This document shows, piece after piece, positions 41,599 to 51,752 of a stretch of 64,000 bases of DNA (the first letter of the stretch is position 1; every line of letters begins with the position of its first letter). The notes under the pieces were generated by a model. The model made no database searches, was not told the DNA's origin, and worked only from the letters and a program-made list of their open reading frames with translations. The position numbers and the translations under genes were made by a program. The DNA is from Gammaproteobacteria bacterium (lineage in GTDB: Bacteria; Pseudomonadota; Gammaproteobacteria; Eutrophobiales; Eutrophobiaceae): positions 132,651 to 196,650 of the forward strand of contig JAJFKL010000021.1 of assembly GCA_021773235.1 (NCBI GenBank), in the 5' to 3' direction.

Positions 41599-42492
41599 AT
41601 GGAGATCGATAGACGCTATCTAATCCATGGTTTTTTACCCGCTTTCTTTGCTGCCTGCTGCTTTGCAGTCATGGCAGTCTGCATCAAGACAGCCTCTTCT
41701 GAATTACCCGCGGTTCAATTAGTCTTTCTCAGGAGCATTATTGGCTTAATAATAATTTTGCCAATTGTTTTGCCTCGCGGAATCAACTTTATCAAAACAC
41801 CGATACTACATTTACACATGTTTCGGGGCTTTATCAGCATTTGTGCAATGACCTGTTTCTTCTATGCCATTACCCATATTGGCTTATCTGAATCAACCTT
41901 GCTCAATGCATCGTCACCCTTATTTATCGGCTTTTTAGCAATGCCTATTTTAAAAGAAAGGATAACAACTCGTAGTGCTTTAGCCTTGGTCGTTGGTTTT
42001 ATTGGTGTCTGCTTTATTCTTAAACCGGGCACCTCCCTATTTACAATCGCTGCCTTAGCAGGACTATGCTCCGGTTTTTTTATTGCCTGTGCAAAAATCT
42101 TAGTCCGCTACATGGCAAACACAGAACCCGTTATGCGGACTGTCTTTTACTTCAGTATTTTTTCAACTATTTATTCAAGCATATTAATGATCTGGTTTTG
42201 GCAAACGCCAACGATGTTTGATGTATCGATCATGGCGCTCGCAGCACTATGTGCTACCGGCGGACAAACTCTATTAACCTATTCCTTTACCCATAATGAA
42301 GCAGTAACCGTAGCACCTTATACCTACGTAACTGTAATGATGGCAACGATATTCGGGTGGGTCGGTTGGAATGAATTGCCGGATTTCGGCTCCAGCATTG
42401 GTGCAATTTTAATTATTGGTTCTTGCTTGTCTCTGACCATTCAGGGCAAGTTACCTAATCCGTGGAAATTAAAAAAAACCACCAATCCGTAA
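41599..42492 (+). CDS. DMT superfamily (EamA-like) transporter
   Basis: 297 aa with ~10 hydrophobic helices in two EamA-like halves. Confidence 0.75.
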   Translation: MEIDRRYLIHGFLPAFFAACCFAVMAVCIKTASSELPAVQLVFLRSIIGLIIILPIVLPRGINFIKTPILHLHMFRGFISICAMTCFFYAITHIGLSESTLLNASSPLFIGFLAMPILKERITTRSALALVVGFIGVCFILKPGTSLFTIAALAGLCSGFFIACAKILVRYMANTEPVMRTVFYFSIFSTIYSSILMIWFWQTPTMFDVSIMALAALCATGGQTLLTYSFTHNEAVTVAPYTYVTVMMATIFGWVGWNELPDFGSSIGAILIIGSCLSLTIQGKLPNPWKLKKTTNP

Positions 42493-42536
42493 CACACCCT
42501 ACTCTTTATTACTTACCAAGATAACAATGACTTGTG

Positions 42537-43160
42537 TTAGTTAGAAGCCAAATCATCCAGCCGAGTATTTTTAGCCGTCAATTTAATAATCAAATCGTCA
42601 AATCCATTCTTTTTTATTTCTGATTCGAATGAACCGCGATACGTTGAGACTAAACTCACACTATTTATAACAACATCAATTACCTTCCAATCATTATCTT
42701 TCTTATACATACGGTAGTTTATTGGAACATTAGCTGAGCCTTGTCGATTTATTATTGTTTTTACTAACTTGATTTTTGAGTCAAGCTTATTTTTTACAGG
42801 CAAATAATCTACTGAATCTTCTGAAAATTCTAATAATGTTTTCGCATAGGTTCGAACAAGCATTTCCCTGAATTCCTCAACAAAACGATCCTGTTGAGTA
42901 TTTGAAGCATTAGCCCAGTTCTTACCAAGCACCCATTTTGACATACTAATAAAATCAAAATTCGGCATAATAATTTCATTAATTAAGTCATAAATTATTT
43001 TGGGATTTGATTCCAATGCATTCCTTTCATTATTCATTCTAGAGAAAACCTGATCAGTCGTACTCCTAACGACCTGTTCAGGCGATTCGACCGAGGCCTG
43101 TACAAGGCTTAAAGATAATATTAATCCTATAAAGATATTTAGTTGTATAATTTTTTTCAC
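42537..43160 (-). CDS. mlaC: MlaC/Ttg2D-family phospholipid-binding periplasmic protein
   Basis: Signal peptide; IMPNFDFISMSKWVLGKNWANASNTQQDRFVEEFREMLVRTYA matches the MlaC pattern. Confidence 0.75.
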   Translation of the reverse strand: MKKIIQLNIFIGLILSLSLVQASVESPEQVVRSTTDQVFSRMNNERNALESNPKIIYDLINEIIMPNFDFISMSKWVLGKNWANASNTQQDRFVEEFREMLVRTYAKTLLEFSEDSVDYLPVKNKLDSKIKLVKTIINRQGSANVPINYRMYKKDNDWKVIDVVINSVSLVSTYRGSFESEIKKNGFDDLIIKLTAKNTRLDDLASN

Positions 43161-43297
43161 TTGCTTTCCCTCTCCTTTAACTTAGGGCGGTTAGATTAAA
43201 TTATTTAAAAGAAAGATTCTTTTAAGTTGGTCACACTCTTTACTTTAAGAAACTGGATCAGTGAGAACTGGTTGGCATTTAAAATATGTTCAATAAA

Positions 43298-43543
43298 CTA
43301 TTGCTTCATATCTTTTGAAGGTTCACGGTAGTTATTAAACTTAATGTTTTGGTTTGAATCGTTCGTGTATATTTTAATCACCAACAAAGGTGTAATACAT
43401 GGGTCATTGAATAACGAATGTCGTCTAATAAAGACTTTAGATCCAGATCTGGATATGAGTACTAATGACTCGATTATGACGAGATCTAGTACCGCTTGAT
43501 GGACAGGAATAAAAAGCCACGCTGAGCCTGCGTTTGTTATACC
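43298..43543 (-). pseudogene. 3' remnant of a paralogue of the membrane hydrolase gene 43903-44907
   Basis: Start-less 81-codon open frame. Its translation ...IRRHSLFNDPCITPLLVIKIYTNDSNQNIKFNNYREPSKDMKQ* aligns with ...VRYSMNPIGSTPLWGIEMNTNDTNQHVKFDNYRDASKQVKQ of the neighbour. DNA is ~70% identical by hand alignment (43350-43470 vs 44000-44110). Confidence 0.5.
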
Positions 43544-43591
43544 TTAGACATACTGAAGTATAGGACAACGCAAAATAGAAAATCACATATA

Positions 43592-43876
43592 CTATTTCAC
43601 GACCTCAACGCCCTCAGCTTGTTTGATAGTTTTTGCCTCTGAGCGCTCGATCATTTTAACAATTGCAGACTGAATCACCTGGTCTTCTCTAGCATCAGTC
43701 TTACTATGAAATTGCTCTACCATTGGCGCATCTCCCTCTTCGGCTACAAACGATACAGCTACTTTCTCAGCTCTATCTGTGGTGCCACCAAAATACGATA
43801 ACGATATTACAGGGTATCCTTGAAACCCCATCTTTACCTTTTTAGCAATTCTCTTTTTAGATTTTTCCAAATTCAT
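43592..43876 (-). CDS. hypothetical protein (94 aa)
   Basis: ORF only. Confidence 0.45.
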   Translation of the reverse strand: MNLEKSKKRIAKKVKMGFQGYPVISLSYFGGTTDRAEKVAVSFVAEEGDAPMVEQFHSKTDAREDQVIQSAIVKMIERSEAKTIKQAEGVEVVK

Positions 43877-43902
43877 GATGATTGCTCATATAGGGTAGCA
43901 CC

Positions 43903-44907
43903 CTATTCATTAATCTCTCTATTCAATAACATATCGATGAACTGTTGTTTAACCTGTTTCGATGCATCTCGATAATTATCAAATTTCACATGCTGATTAG
44001 TATCGTTCGTGTTCATTTCGATCCCCCACAAAGGTGTACTGCCAATCGGGTTCATCGAATAACGCACATCACCTAATATTTCAGGTCTTCCTGGATATTG
44101 GCTTACATAATTATCAGAAAATATTTCAAACCGTTGGATGTCTTCGGCTAACTGTGAATTAGTATCCAACTTTGGAAACGTTTCTGACAGATTGAATTGT
44201 TTTATGGCATCACCTTGATAGATGCGCTTTGATAAACCTGTACGTACTGCATCAATATAAAAAGTATCGTTTGATAAATAAACAGCTCGCCATAACACGG
44301 CATTACCAATGGTGGGTTTTACTATTATTTTTTCAATCGTGTGACCGCGTTGTTCTGCCAGATCAATAATTGAATCTTCTGCACGATTCATTTGAGTGAA
44401 TGTAAATAATAAATAACAGCCTGCTAATAAAAGGCCAATACGACTAAAACGAGAACTGCGTTTTTTCACTCCGGCAATGATTGCGACTATTAATATAATC
44501 GTGAAGACAGGATCTATAATCGAAATGATATGCCATGAGATTCGCGTATCGATCAGCGGCCATAATAAATTGGTGCCATAGCTGGTACAGGCATCGATAA
44601 AACCACTTAATGAATACCCCATAAAACTATAGAGATAGAGATGTTTTGCAGATAGCTTATTACGGAAAAACGGCCACAATAATAAAAAGGCGATACCTGC
44701 ACCAATAGGGATGAAGAATATTGAATGAGTAAAGTGACGATGAAACTCTAGTGACAGTAATGGATCAGAAGATGACCGTATCAGGATATCAGCATCGGCA
44801 ATGACACCGGCAACTATTCCAATAATTGTCGCTAAACGAACATGCTCTTTTTTAGCCGCCGATTGTGCTAGTGCTGCACCTAAAACACCTTGTGTCACTA
44901 TATCCAT
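43903..44907 (-). CDS. membrane-bound metal-dependent hydrolase (YdjM/DUF457-like)
   Basis: MDIVTQGVLGAALAQ start, multiple TM helices with conserved His (HRHFTHS). Confidence 0.6.
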   Translation of the reverse strand: MDIVTQGVLGAALAQSAAKKEHVRLATIIGIVAGVIADADILIRSSSDPLLSLEFHRHFTHSIFFIPIGAGIAFLLLWPFFRNKLSAKHLYLYSFMGYSLSGFIDACTSYGTNLLWPLIDTRISWHIISIIDPVFTIILIVAIIAGVKKRSSRFSRIGLLLAGCYLLFTFTQMNRAEDSIIDLAEQRGHTIEKIIVKPTIGNAVLWRAVYLSNDTFYIDAVRTGLSKRIYQGDAIKQFNLSETFPKLDTNSQLAEDIQRFEIFSDNYVSQYPGRPEILGDVRYSMNPIGSTPLWGIEMNTNDTNQHVKFDNYRDASKQVKQQFIDMLLNREINE

Positions 44908-44914
44908 TACGACT

Positions 44915-45790
44915 TTATATCAGACTGTCTATTGTCGTGATACAGCTTCGATAATAATTGTAACCAAATAAAATGAAGTGATTTATTTCATGATACAAAC
45001 GATACAAGCTAATGCGTTGTTCCGAACCATCCTCTAGCGGCCAGACCTCAGCGTAAGCCGCTTCGCATCGTGTATCGAAACCACCAAACATGCGCATCAT
45101 TCCTATCTCTGCCTCACGGTGACCGTAGTAACTGGCTGGATCAAAGATAACCGGCTGACCCTGTTCGTTCGCCGCTGCGTTGCCTGACCATAGATCTCCA
45201 TGCAATAGCACAGCGGGTTCTTTGATATCACCTAATATTGAATCCAGACGCGACATCAATTTCTCACCCTTTGCTAATATGGGATCGCTTTTATCGGTAA
45301 TCATCGCCAGACGTTTTAACTGCATGCCAAGTCGCTGTTCACGCCAGAAGGTTAGCCAATCATCCTGCCAGCTATTAATCTGTTTACTCATCCCGAGGTA
45401 ATTATCTTTTTCAAAACCAAATCGTTCTGATTTTGTCGCTGTATGCAGTTCGGCCAGACTACGTCCCATTTGTTCTTGCCAATCGGCAGCTGGCGCACCT
45501 TCAATAAATGTTTCAATAACAATAAAGTCATCACTACAAGCTATGGGTTTTGGAACATGAATAACGCCAGATTCAGCTAGCAGCAGCAATGCATCGTATT
45601 CGGTTTCAAATAACCCGGGACGGGTTTTTGATTCTGGGTTTGTTTTTACAAAGAACTGCCTACCATCTTTTAATGTCACGATTTGGCTATCATTAATACA
45701 ACCACCCTGTGCTGTTTTGCTGTCAGCAAACGCTGCCTCTTGATCCGTATGGGATGAGATAGCCGCTTCAACACGTGATTGGATCGTCAT
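44915..45790 (-). CDS. fructosamine/ketosamine-3-kinase family protein
   Basis: GGCINDS...FVKTN...LLHGDLWSGN...IFDPASYYGHREAEIGMMRMFGGF pattern. Confidence 0.85.
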   Translation of the reverse strand: MTIQSRVEAAISSHTDQEAAFADSKTAQGGCINDSQIVTLKDGRQFFVKTNPESKTRPGLFETEYDALLLLAESGVIHVPKPIACSDDFIVIETFIEGAPAADWQEQMGRSLAELHTATKSERFGFEKDNYLGMSKQINSWQDDWLTFWREQRLGMQLKRLAMITDKSDPILAKGEKLMSRLDSILGDIKEPAVLLHGDLWSGNAAANEQGQPVIFDPASYYGHREAEIGMMRMFGGFDTRCEAAYAEVWPLEDGSEQRISLYRLYHEINHFILFGYNYYRSCITTIDSLI

Positions 45791-46284
45791 TTGTTATTTA
45801 GTATTTCAAGACAATGGGTCATCATCATTGGGCTCGCAGATTCGATCATATCTAATACTTTCTCAAACCCAGCTGTACCGCCGTAGTATGGATCGGGAAC
45901 TGATGGCGCGTCATCATTATTCTCATAGCCGTCAAGAAAGGTGCCTAATAATCGTATGTGCTCTTTAGAGCCATCGACCATAGCCTCCATTTCTACAAGG
46001 TTGTCGGTATCCATCGCCACAACCAAATCGAATGACTTCAAATCTTGTTCTGTGACTTTCCGTGCACGTGACAAAAGCTGATAACCTCTATTTGATGCGA
46101 CTTCACGCATGCGGGCATCAGCAGGTTCACCTGAGTGATAGGCAATGGTACCTGCTGAATCGATATCAAATTTATCTGTGTAGCCATTTTGTTCAACATA
46201 ATGTTGAAACACGCCCTCGCCTGTCGGTGAACGACAGATATTGCCCATGCAAACAAAAAGAACTGACACTGTTGGTTTTGCCAT
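45787..46284 (-). CDS. low-molecular-weight protein-tyrosine phosphatase
   Basis: VLFVCMGNICRSP P-loop (CX5R-S) and DPYYG motif. Confidence 0.9.
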   Translation of the reverse strand: MAKPTVSVLFVCMGNICRSPTGEGVFQHYVEQNGYTDKFDIDSAGTIAYHSGEPADARMREVASNRGYQLLSRARKVTEQDLKSFDLVVAMDTDNLVEMEAMVDGSKEHIRLLGTFLDGYENNDDAPSVPDPYYGGTAGFEKVLDMIESASPMMMTHCLEILNNK

Positions 46285-46314
46285 AATTAATTATTGTTTA
46301 TGTACATTGCATCG

Positions 46315-46764
46315 TCACAAGTAGATCAGATCTGATTGTTCTTGTTCTCTTGGCACCTTAGGACATTCTAATGAGACACTGCAAGGGAAGGCCTCTCTTA
46401 ATGCAGCTGACACCAAACCACCAGCAGCGTTATGTAATACATCTGGGTGGGACTCCAAAAATTCAACAACGATAAGAACAAGTTTCCCTACACTGACACC
46501 ATCTGGCCTACAAAAAACTGGCTCTACAAGTCCTGATATTGAGTATGCATGATGTGTGTCTGCTGCTGATTGCAGGTAACCAAAACATAAATTTGTATCC
46601 GATGAATTATAATTAGCATCACCGTTCGACCCTTTTATAGCTTCCTTACATTTGCTCAGTAATTGATCACCATCTAAATACGAATCGGCAGCATAAACAA
46701 GCATGGTCAGATTCATCAATAAGAAAGCTAATATTATTCGTTTCATGTGAAGTTCATAATCCAT
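46315..46764 (-). CDS. Rap1a/Tai4-like periplasmic immunity-family protein
   Basis: Signal peptide. GDQLLSKC...CFGYLQSAADT...FCRPDGVSVGKLVLIVVEFLESHPDVLHNAAGGLVSAALREAFPC follows the Rap1a family pattern as I recall it. Confidence 0.55.
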   Translation of the reverse strand: MDYELHMKRIILAFLLMNLTMLVYAADSYLDGDQLLSKCKEAIKGSNGDANYNSSDTNLCFGYLQSAADTHHAYSISGLVEPVFCRPDGVSVGKLVLIVVEFLESHPDVLHNAAGGLVSAALREAFPCSVSLECPKVPREQEQSDLIYL

Positions 46765-46769
46765 GTGCC

Positions 46770-47117
46770 TTAATCAACGATAGGTTGTACCAACACCCAA
46801 GGCTTAATCACGACAGCCCAGACCGTTACATTACTTTCATGCCAGGCACTCGCCTGTTCGTCGCTGACATTGGCAACCAAACCCTCTTTGAGCCACTCTT
46901 CGAACTGAGTTTTGTCGTCGTTGGATAATACGATAGCTACTTTGATTAAATCTATTTTATGCGAGACATAGATCGCCATTCCTTTAGCAAAGAAAGGTAA
47001 TAACTCAGTCCATGCCATTTTAGAGGTTTCCCGGTTAATTTTTTGCTGCAGGTCCTCACCTGTCTCTTCATTACTGTTTTCAGTCATATCAATAAGATTC
47101 TGTTTAATTTTTGTCAC
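46770..47117 (-). CDS. DUF2288-like protein
   Basis: WTELLPFFAKGMAIYVSHKIDLIKVA...EWLKEGLVANVSDEQASAW...VWAVVIKPWVLVQ matches my recollection of DUF2288. Confidence 0.5.
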   Translation of the reverse strand: MTKIKQNLIDMTENSNEETGEDLQQKINRETSKMAWTELLPFFAKGMAIYVSHKIDLIKVAIVLSNDDKTQFEEWLKEGLVANVSDEQASAWHESNVTVWAVVIKPWVLVQPIVD

Positions 47118-47270
47118 TAATTATAACGATAGGCTTCAAATTTAAGAAATTTCTTAACGTCATAATCATGCATGGAAAAGCTTTTTATTTGAAGAAAATA
47201 AGAAAAAGATCTAAATATCAGCCAATTCTCGCCGATATTCTATTTAATACATATATAGCAGGAGCCTCCA

Positions 47271-47612
47271 ATGCAGGAGCGTCGCGAATTTCCTAGAGCA
47301 GAGACAGATTGGTCAGCTGAAGTTTATGCAGACGGTACGATTTATACCTTACCTGTTAGAAACCTGTCGCTTGGAGGAGCAGAACTGGTACGTTCCACTC
47401 TCTGGGAAGCAAAACAAGATCATATCTGCAATATCAGTTTCAGCGATATGGTTCCATCTCACGCACTTGAAGTACGTATGAAAGTCTGTTGGGTAACAAA
47501 AACCCATGTTGGTTTAAAATTTCACGGCCTTGGCTTTAAAGAAAGAATAATTTTAAATAAACTTATCTCTAACATCACCAAATCAGTTGCCTATGAAACT
47601 AGTTACTGGTAA
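47271..47612 (+). CDS. PilZ-domain protein
   Basis: RREFPR (RxxxR) and NLSLGGA (D/NxSxxG) c-di-GMP-binding motifs at the expected spacing. Confidence 0.7.
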   Translation: MQERREFPRAETDWSAEVYADGTIYTLPVRNLSLGGAELVRSTLWEAKQDHICNISFSDMVPSHALEVRMKVCWVTKTHVGLKFHGLGFKERIILNKLISNITKSVAYETSYW

Positions 47613-47822
47613 ATCAAACCGAGTATCTGAATCACTTGATGCAATTGGAGGTTCAATGTCGACGTTATCAAGCATGACTTCTGAAATTGCAAATACTACA
47701 GACAATTAAAAAACAGTAGTGAAGATATTAAGGAATTACAGTGTTTTACTTCAGACTAACAGACAGAAATTAATAAGTTTAAAATCCACGCTTGATAATT
47801 TAAGTGTTAAACCAGCATTCTT

Positions 47823-48443
47823 TTAATTATTTTGCTTCCTCTCTTGATTGGCGATGCTAACTGCCTGTGTTCTATTAGTTGCCCCGAATGCTTGCAAGAC
47901 AGCACGCACATGAAGTTTTACTGTTCCCTCAGTCAAGCCCAGTACTCTCGCAATCATTTTATTTGTATTGCCTTCGCACATAAGTTCCAATACTTCAGCT
48001 TGGCGAGCAGTTAGACCATTATTCGAAGGTTGACTACCCGGATCAGAATTAATAACGGGTGAAACGATCGGCATTGCACCAGAAAGAATATGTTTTAAGT
48101 TACTAATTAAATTATCAGTATCCAATGATTTTGGTAAAAATCCTCTTGCGCCACTGGCGATTGCATTTTTGATGACGTTTTGCGATTCCTCACCAGATAC
48201 AACCACTATAGGCGTGTTTGAATTAAGTTTATTAAGGTGTGTAATTGTTTCATAGGGGCTTCCACCCGGCATTGCCAAATCAATAAAAGCTATATCAAAT
48301 TCAAACTCATGCACAGCATCCAACTGCATTAATTCATAGAATGAGGTTTTTTCTGTTATGACAACATCTTCTTGCAGCTGTAATAGAATACCCTTAAAGG
48401 CATCACGAAATAGTGGGTGGTCATCAGCAATGAGAATCTTCAT
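47823..48443 (-). CDS. response regulator, NarL/LuxR family
   Basis: Receiver domain (MKILIADDH...FIDLAMPG) plus LuxR HTH (LTARQAEVLELMCEGNTNKMIARVLGLTEGTVKLHV). Confidence 0.9.
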   Translation of the reverse strand: MKILIADDHPLFRDAFKGILLQLQEDVVITEKTSFYELMQLDAVHEFEFDIAFIDLAMPGGSPYETITHLNKLNSNTPIVVVSGEESQNVIKNAIASGARGFLPKSLDTDNLISNLKHILSGAMPIVSPVINSDPGSQPSNNGLTARQAEVLELMCEGNTNKMIARVLGLTEGTVKLHVRAVLQAFGATNRTQAVSIANQERKQNN

Positions 48444-48481
48444 GTCTCAATCATATTAGGAAAATAAGAAAAGGAAAACGT

Positions 48482-48520
48482 AAAAAAACCGACAAAAGCA
48501 ACATTGCTGCTTTTGTCGGT
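48482..48520 (-). terminator. Rho-independent terminator after ORF 48541-49092
   Basis: 12-bp stem CCGACAAAAGCA / TGCTTTTGTCGG followed on the minus strand by TTTTTTT. Confidence 0.7.
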
Positions 48521-48540
48521 AAATATAGGAGGGATTCGTT

Positions 48541-49092
48541 CTATTGATTGAAATGTTTTACGATGTTGTTCAAACCCGCATCATAGACGCCGGCCATGGT
48601 TTCTATTGCTTTATCATCAGATGCATTATTCGCATTGAATGTTGATTTCCATTCAACAATTGACATGCCACCATCTGCTTCAGAAACGGTAATCGTGGAA
48701 ACATAGTCCATTACCGGCAGTGGTGATTCGGTAATTGAATAAGTGTAGGTCTTCTTTGAATCGCTATGTACAACGAGTTTTTCAGTAATCTTTGCGCCGT
48801 TACCCAAAACCAAGACCCGGACGTCACCTGATTTCATACCTTCGCCCTGTGATTTTAAGTTAACAACAACCGGGTGCCACATATCGAAGTCATTGAAGCC
48901 ACCAATCATCTTCCAGACAGTATCCGGAGCTGCATTAATACTGACTTCTTTAGATAATGCTAAACTACCTGCTGCAAATGTTGTCTGAGATAGAACACAA
49001 ACACTTGATAAAACTGCAACAATAAAAATACTTTTTAGTTTTCTAATATTCATAATGATTTCCTCTGGGTTTTGTTGTCTTGTCGGTATCAA
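48541..49092 (-). CDS. secreted SRPBCC-family protein
   Basis: Signal peptide; ~150-aa body with SRPBCC-like pattern (VWKMIGGFNDFDMWHP...). Confidence 0.55.
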   Translation of the reverse strand: MIPTRQQNPEEIIMNIRKLKSIFIVAVLSSVCVLSQTTFAAGSLALSKEVSINAAPDTVWKMIGGFNDFDMWHPVVVNLKSQGEGMKSGDVRVLVLGNGAKITEKLVVHSDSKKTYTYSITESPLPVMDYVSTITVSEADGGMSIVEWKSTFNANNASDDKAIETMAGVYDAGLNNIVKHFNQ

Positions 49093-49204
49093 GTATGACT
49101 TTAATTACGATTTTGAAAATATCTCTGACGATATATATCTAATGGGTAGTTATTATCATTAGATATATCCATTAGAATAGTGCCATCACAAGTTAAATTA
49201 TTTC

Positions 49205-51031
49205 ATGACACAGATTAAAAGCATTTTAGCCAGTAAATATGCGGTTGCCGCAGCAGCTGTGCTTCTGCTTGGTCTTGTGCTTAGTGTCCTAGGTAGTAAG
49301 TTTCTATTTGATTACACGAAGCAACAGCAACAACTCTTAATAGAACGCAATTCTGAATCACAATCTGAACAGCTTCAAATTAGTATTACATCTGCATTAA
49401 ATGTACTTTCATCGATATCTGCTTTTTTTAGAGTAGAAGAAAATATTAATCAAGACCGTTTTTTTAAGTTTGTTAAATCGGATGCTGCGGTGAAGACAGG
49501 GATTCTTGCATTAGCATGGGTGCCACGCATTACTCATGAACAACGTAAGAAATTTGAAACTGATCTAAATAAAGAATTACGTGGTTATCGTAGTATCACG
49601 GAGATGAATGGTCATGGACTCATCGTTCCGGCACCTGTGCGCGAGGAGTATTTCCCGGTTCAACATGTCTTCACTGACTTTGACACGGAGTTATTCACAG
49701 GTTTAAACATCACATCTCAATTTAATACTCGAAACAATCTAAATGCAGCGATTAAATCCGGCCAGTTATTAACGACTCACGGAAAACGAGTATCACTCAA
49801 TGATCCTGAACGAAAAACATTTCAAGCCTATTTCCCAGTTTATAACACTGATAAGGATACGGAGGAGAATAAGTTTGATCATGATAATTTAATCGGGTTT
49901 GCAGTTGGGCTCTTTGATATCCAAACACTAGTTCAGAATACCTTTAAGAACTCTGCATCGCTCAACCTGGTTGTATTAGATATTGATAGCAATTTAAGTG
50001 ATCAGCTCTTGTACAAATCGAGCTCTCCTTTTTTAGAGAAGAATAAAATAAAAAACATTAGTGACTTAAGTAAGGTAGATATACCGTACTGGACAAGATA
50101 TTTTGATGTGGGCAACCGTAAATGGTTAGGTATCTTTATTTCTGAAGAAATAAATGTGCTACATGACAAATCATGGTTGCCGTATTTAGGGCTCTTTATG
50201 GGGTTGTTGATCACATCCTTATTAGCCGTTTATCTTTTTATTGCATTAATCCGAGGGAAACAAATACACAGTTTAAAGTTTCAACTGGATGATTCAGAAC
50301 TAATGTTATCTAGTCAGGGCGAAGCTTTAAATAAACAAACCAAATTATCAGAAAAACTTAAAACAGAGAGTCACGAAAAAACACGGTTTTTACATGCATT
50401 AGGACATGATCTAAGACAACCGCTAAGTACCTTGGGGCTTTATTTGGCACAACTCAACTTTAGTGAAGAGGATAAGAATAAATCTATTCTTGATAAAACC
50501 AAACTGACCTTTAAATCCTTAACAAACATGTTTGAGTCCATGTTGGAAATGACACGTTTGGAAGCAGGTACGATTCATCCAGAAAAAATGGATATTGATT
50601 TAAACATACTATTCCAAAGCTTACAGGAAGAATTCGAATTGCCCGCTGCACAAAAAGGTCTGGAAATACGCATTCGTTGTAATGCACCCTTTGTCCATAC
50701 TGACCCCGTTCTATTAGAGGGAATATTGCGTAACCTTCTTACTAATGCCATTAAATTTACTCAAAAAGGAAAACTTTTACTCGCCTCTCGTAAAATGAAT
50801 GACAAAACCATCATCTATATAATGGATACAGGTCAGGGTATCGATGAAAACCAATTAAACGAAATATTTAATCCGTACACACGAGGTGATGCGAGTACAG
50901 ATGAAGTTGGTTTGGGATTGGGACTCTCCATAGTAGTACACGCAATGAACCTATTGGGTCATGAATTAACTTTATCATCCAAGTTAAATCATGGAAGTTG
51001 TTTTCGGTTGATGATCGATAATAACATTTGA
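49205..51031 (+). CDS. sensor histidine kinase with periplasmic CHASE domain
   Basis: CHASE-like LALAWVPRITHEQRKKFE; HisKA H-box FLHALGHDLRQPL; HATPase N and G boxes (LLTNAIKFT, DTGQGI, GLGLGLSIV). Confidence 0.85.
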   Translation: MTQIKSILASKYAVAAAAVLLLGLVLSVLGSKFLFDYTKQQQQLLIERNSESQSEQLQISITSALNVLSSISAFFRVEENINQDRFFKFVKSDAAVKTGILALAWVPRITHEQRKKFETDLNKELRGYRSITEMNGHGLIVPAPVREEYFPVQHVFTDFDTELFTGLNITSQFNTRNNLNAAIKSGQLLTTHGKRVSLNDPERKTFQAYFPVYNTDKDTEENKFDHDNLIGFAVGLFDIQTLVQNTFKNSASLNLVVLDIDSNLSDQLLYKSSSPFLEKNKIKNISDLSKVDIPYWTRYFDVGNRKWLGIFISEEINVLHDKSWLPYLGLFMGLLITSLLAVYLFIALIRGKQIHSLKFQLDDSELMLSSQGEALNKQTKLSEKLKTESHEKTRFLHALGHDLRQPLSTLGLYLAQLNFSEEDKNKSILDKTKLTFKSLTNMFESMLEMTRLEAGTIHPEKMDIDLNILFQSLQEEFELPAAQKGLEIRIRCNAPFVHTDPVLLEGILRNLLTNAIKFTQKGKLLLASRKMNDKTIIYIMDTGQGIDENQLNEIFNPYTRGDASTDEVGLGLGLSIVVHAMNLLGHELTLSSKLNHGSCFRLMIDNNI

Positions 51032-51107
51032 TAAAAACCGTAAATAACTCAACAAAGTAACAAATAAATTGCGATAATATCCACCACATTATGATTTAAG
51101 GTTTTAC

Positions 51108-51656
51108 ATGAACGAAATAAAAGAAGTCCCGAACGAAGCAGAAAATATTGTCATATCGCAAACAGTTGCAATTCTTGTCGACGGTAACAATATCGAACGC
51201 AGCATTCACACTGAAGCGAATGATACCAACACCATGCTCAATTTTGATGCACTGATTCCAAAGTTATTGGTTAATCGCGGGCTTAGTCGTCTGGTTTACT
51301 TTCGTGAAGGAAAACACATTTCGAATAAACTTCAGGAACGTTTGCATAATTTTTATCACGGCTCTGTACGTCCTTGTCATAAAAGCGCAGATATTCCACT
51401 TTCTATTAATGCCATCCAGTTAGCGAATAAAGTCGACACCATTATTATCATGTCTGGCGATTCTGACTATATAGAACTGGTTAGGCATCTAAAGTCGGAA
51501 GGTGTACGTGTTGAAATAGCGGCGGTAGCAAGTACTACCTCGAGATTTATTGTTGAAGAAGCGGATCATTTCCATGAAATAACCAAGGAAGACTGGTTCA
51601 CTCTTCCTCCCAAAAAACCTCAGAAACGACGGAAGAAAAAAGCAGACGATACTTAG
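51108..51656 (+). CDS. NYN (LabA-like) domain protein
   Basis: VAILVDGNNIERS...IIIMSGDSDYIELVRHLKSEGVRVEI pattern; basic C-terminal tail. Confidence 0.75.
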   Translation: MNEIKEVPNEAENIVISQTVAILVDGNNIERSIHTEANDTNTMLNFDALIPKLLVNRGLSRLVYFREGKHISNKLQERLHNFYHGSVRPCHKSADIPLSINAIQLANKVDTIIIMSGDSDYIELVRHLKSEGVRVEIAAVASTTSRFIVEEADHFHEITKEDWFTLPPKKPQKRRKKKADDT

Positions 51657-51752
51657 CAATCTACTCTTGATATATGTTGATCTGGATCAACGTATATTTA
51701 GCGAAATATTTCCATAATGGTCTCATATTTAATCAAATAGGAGACGGCAATC

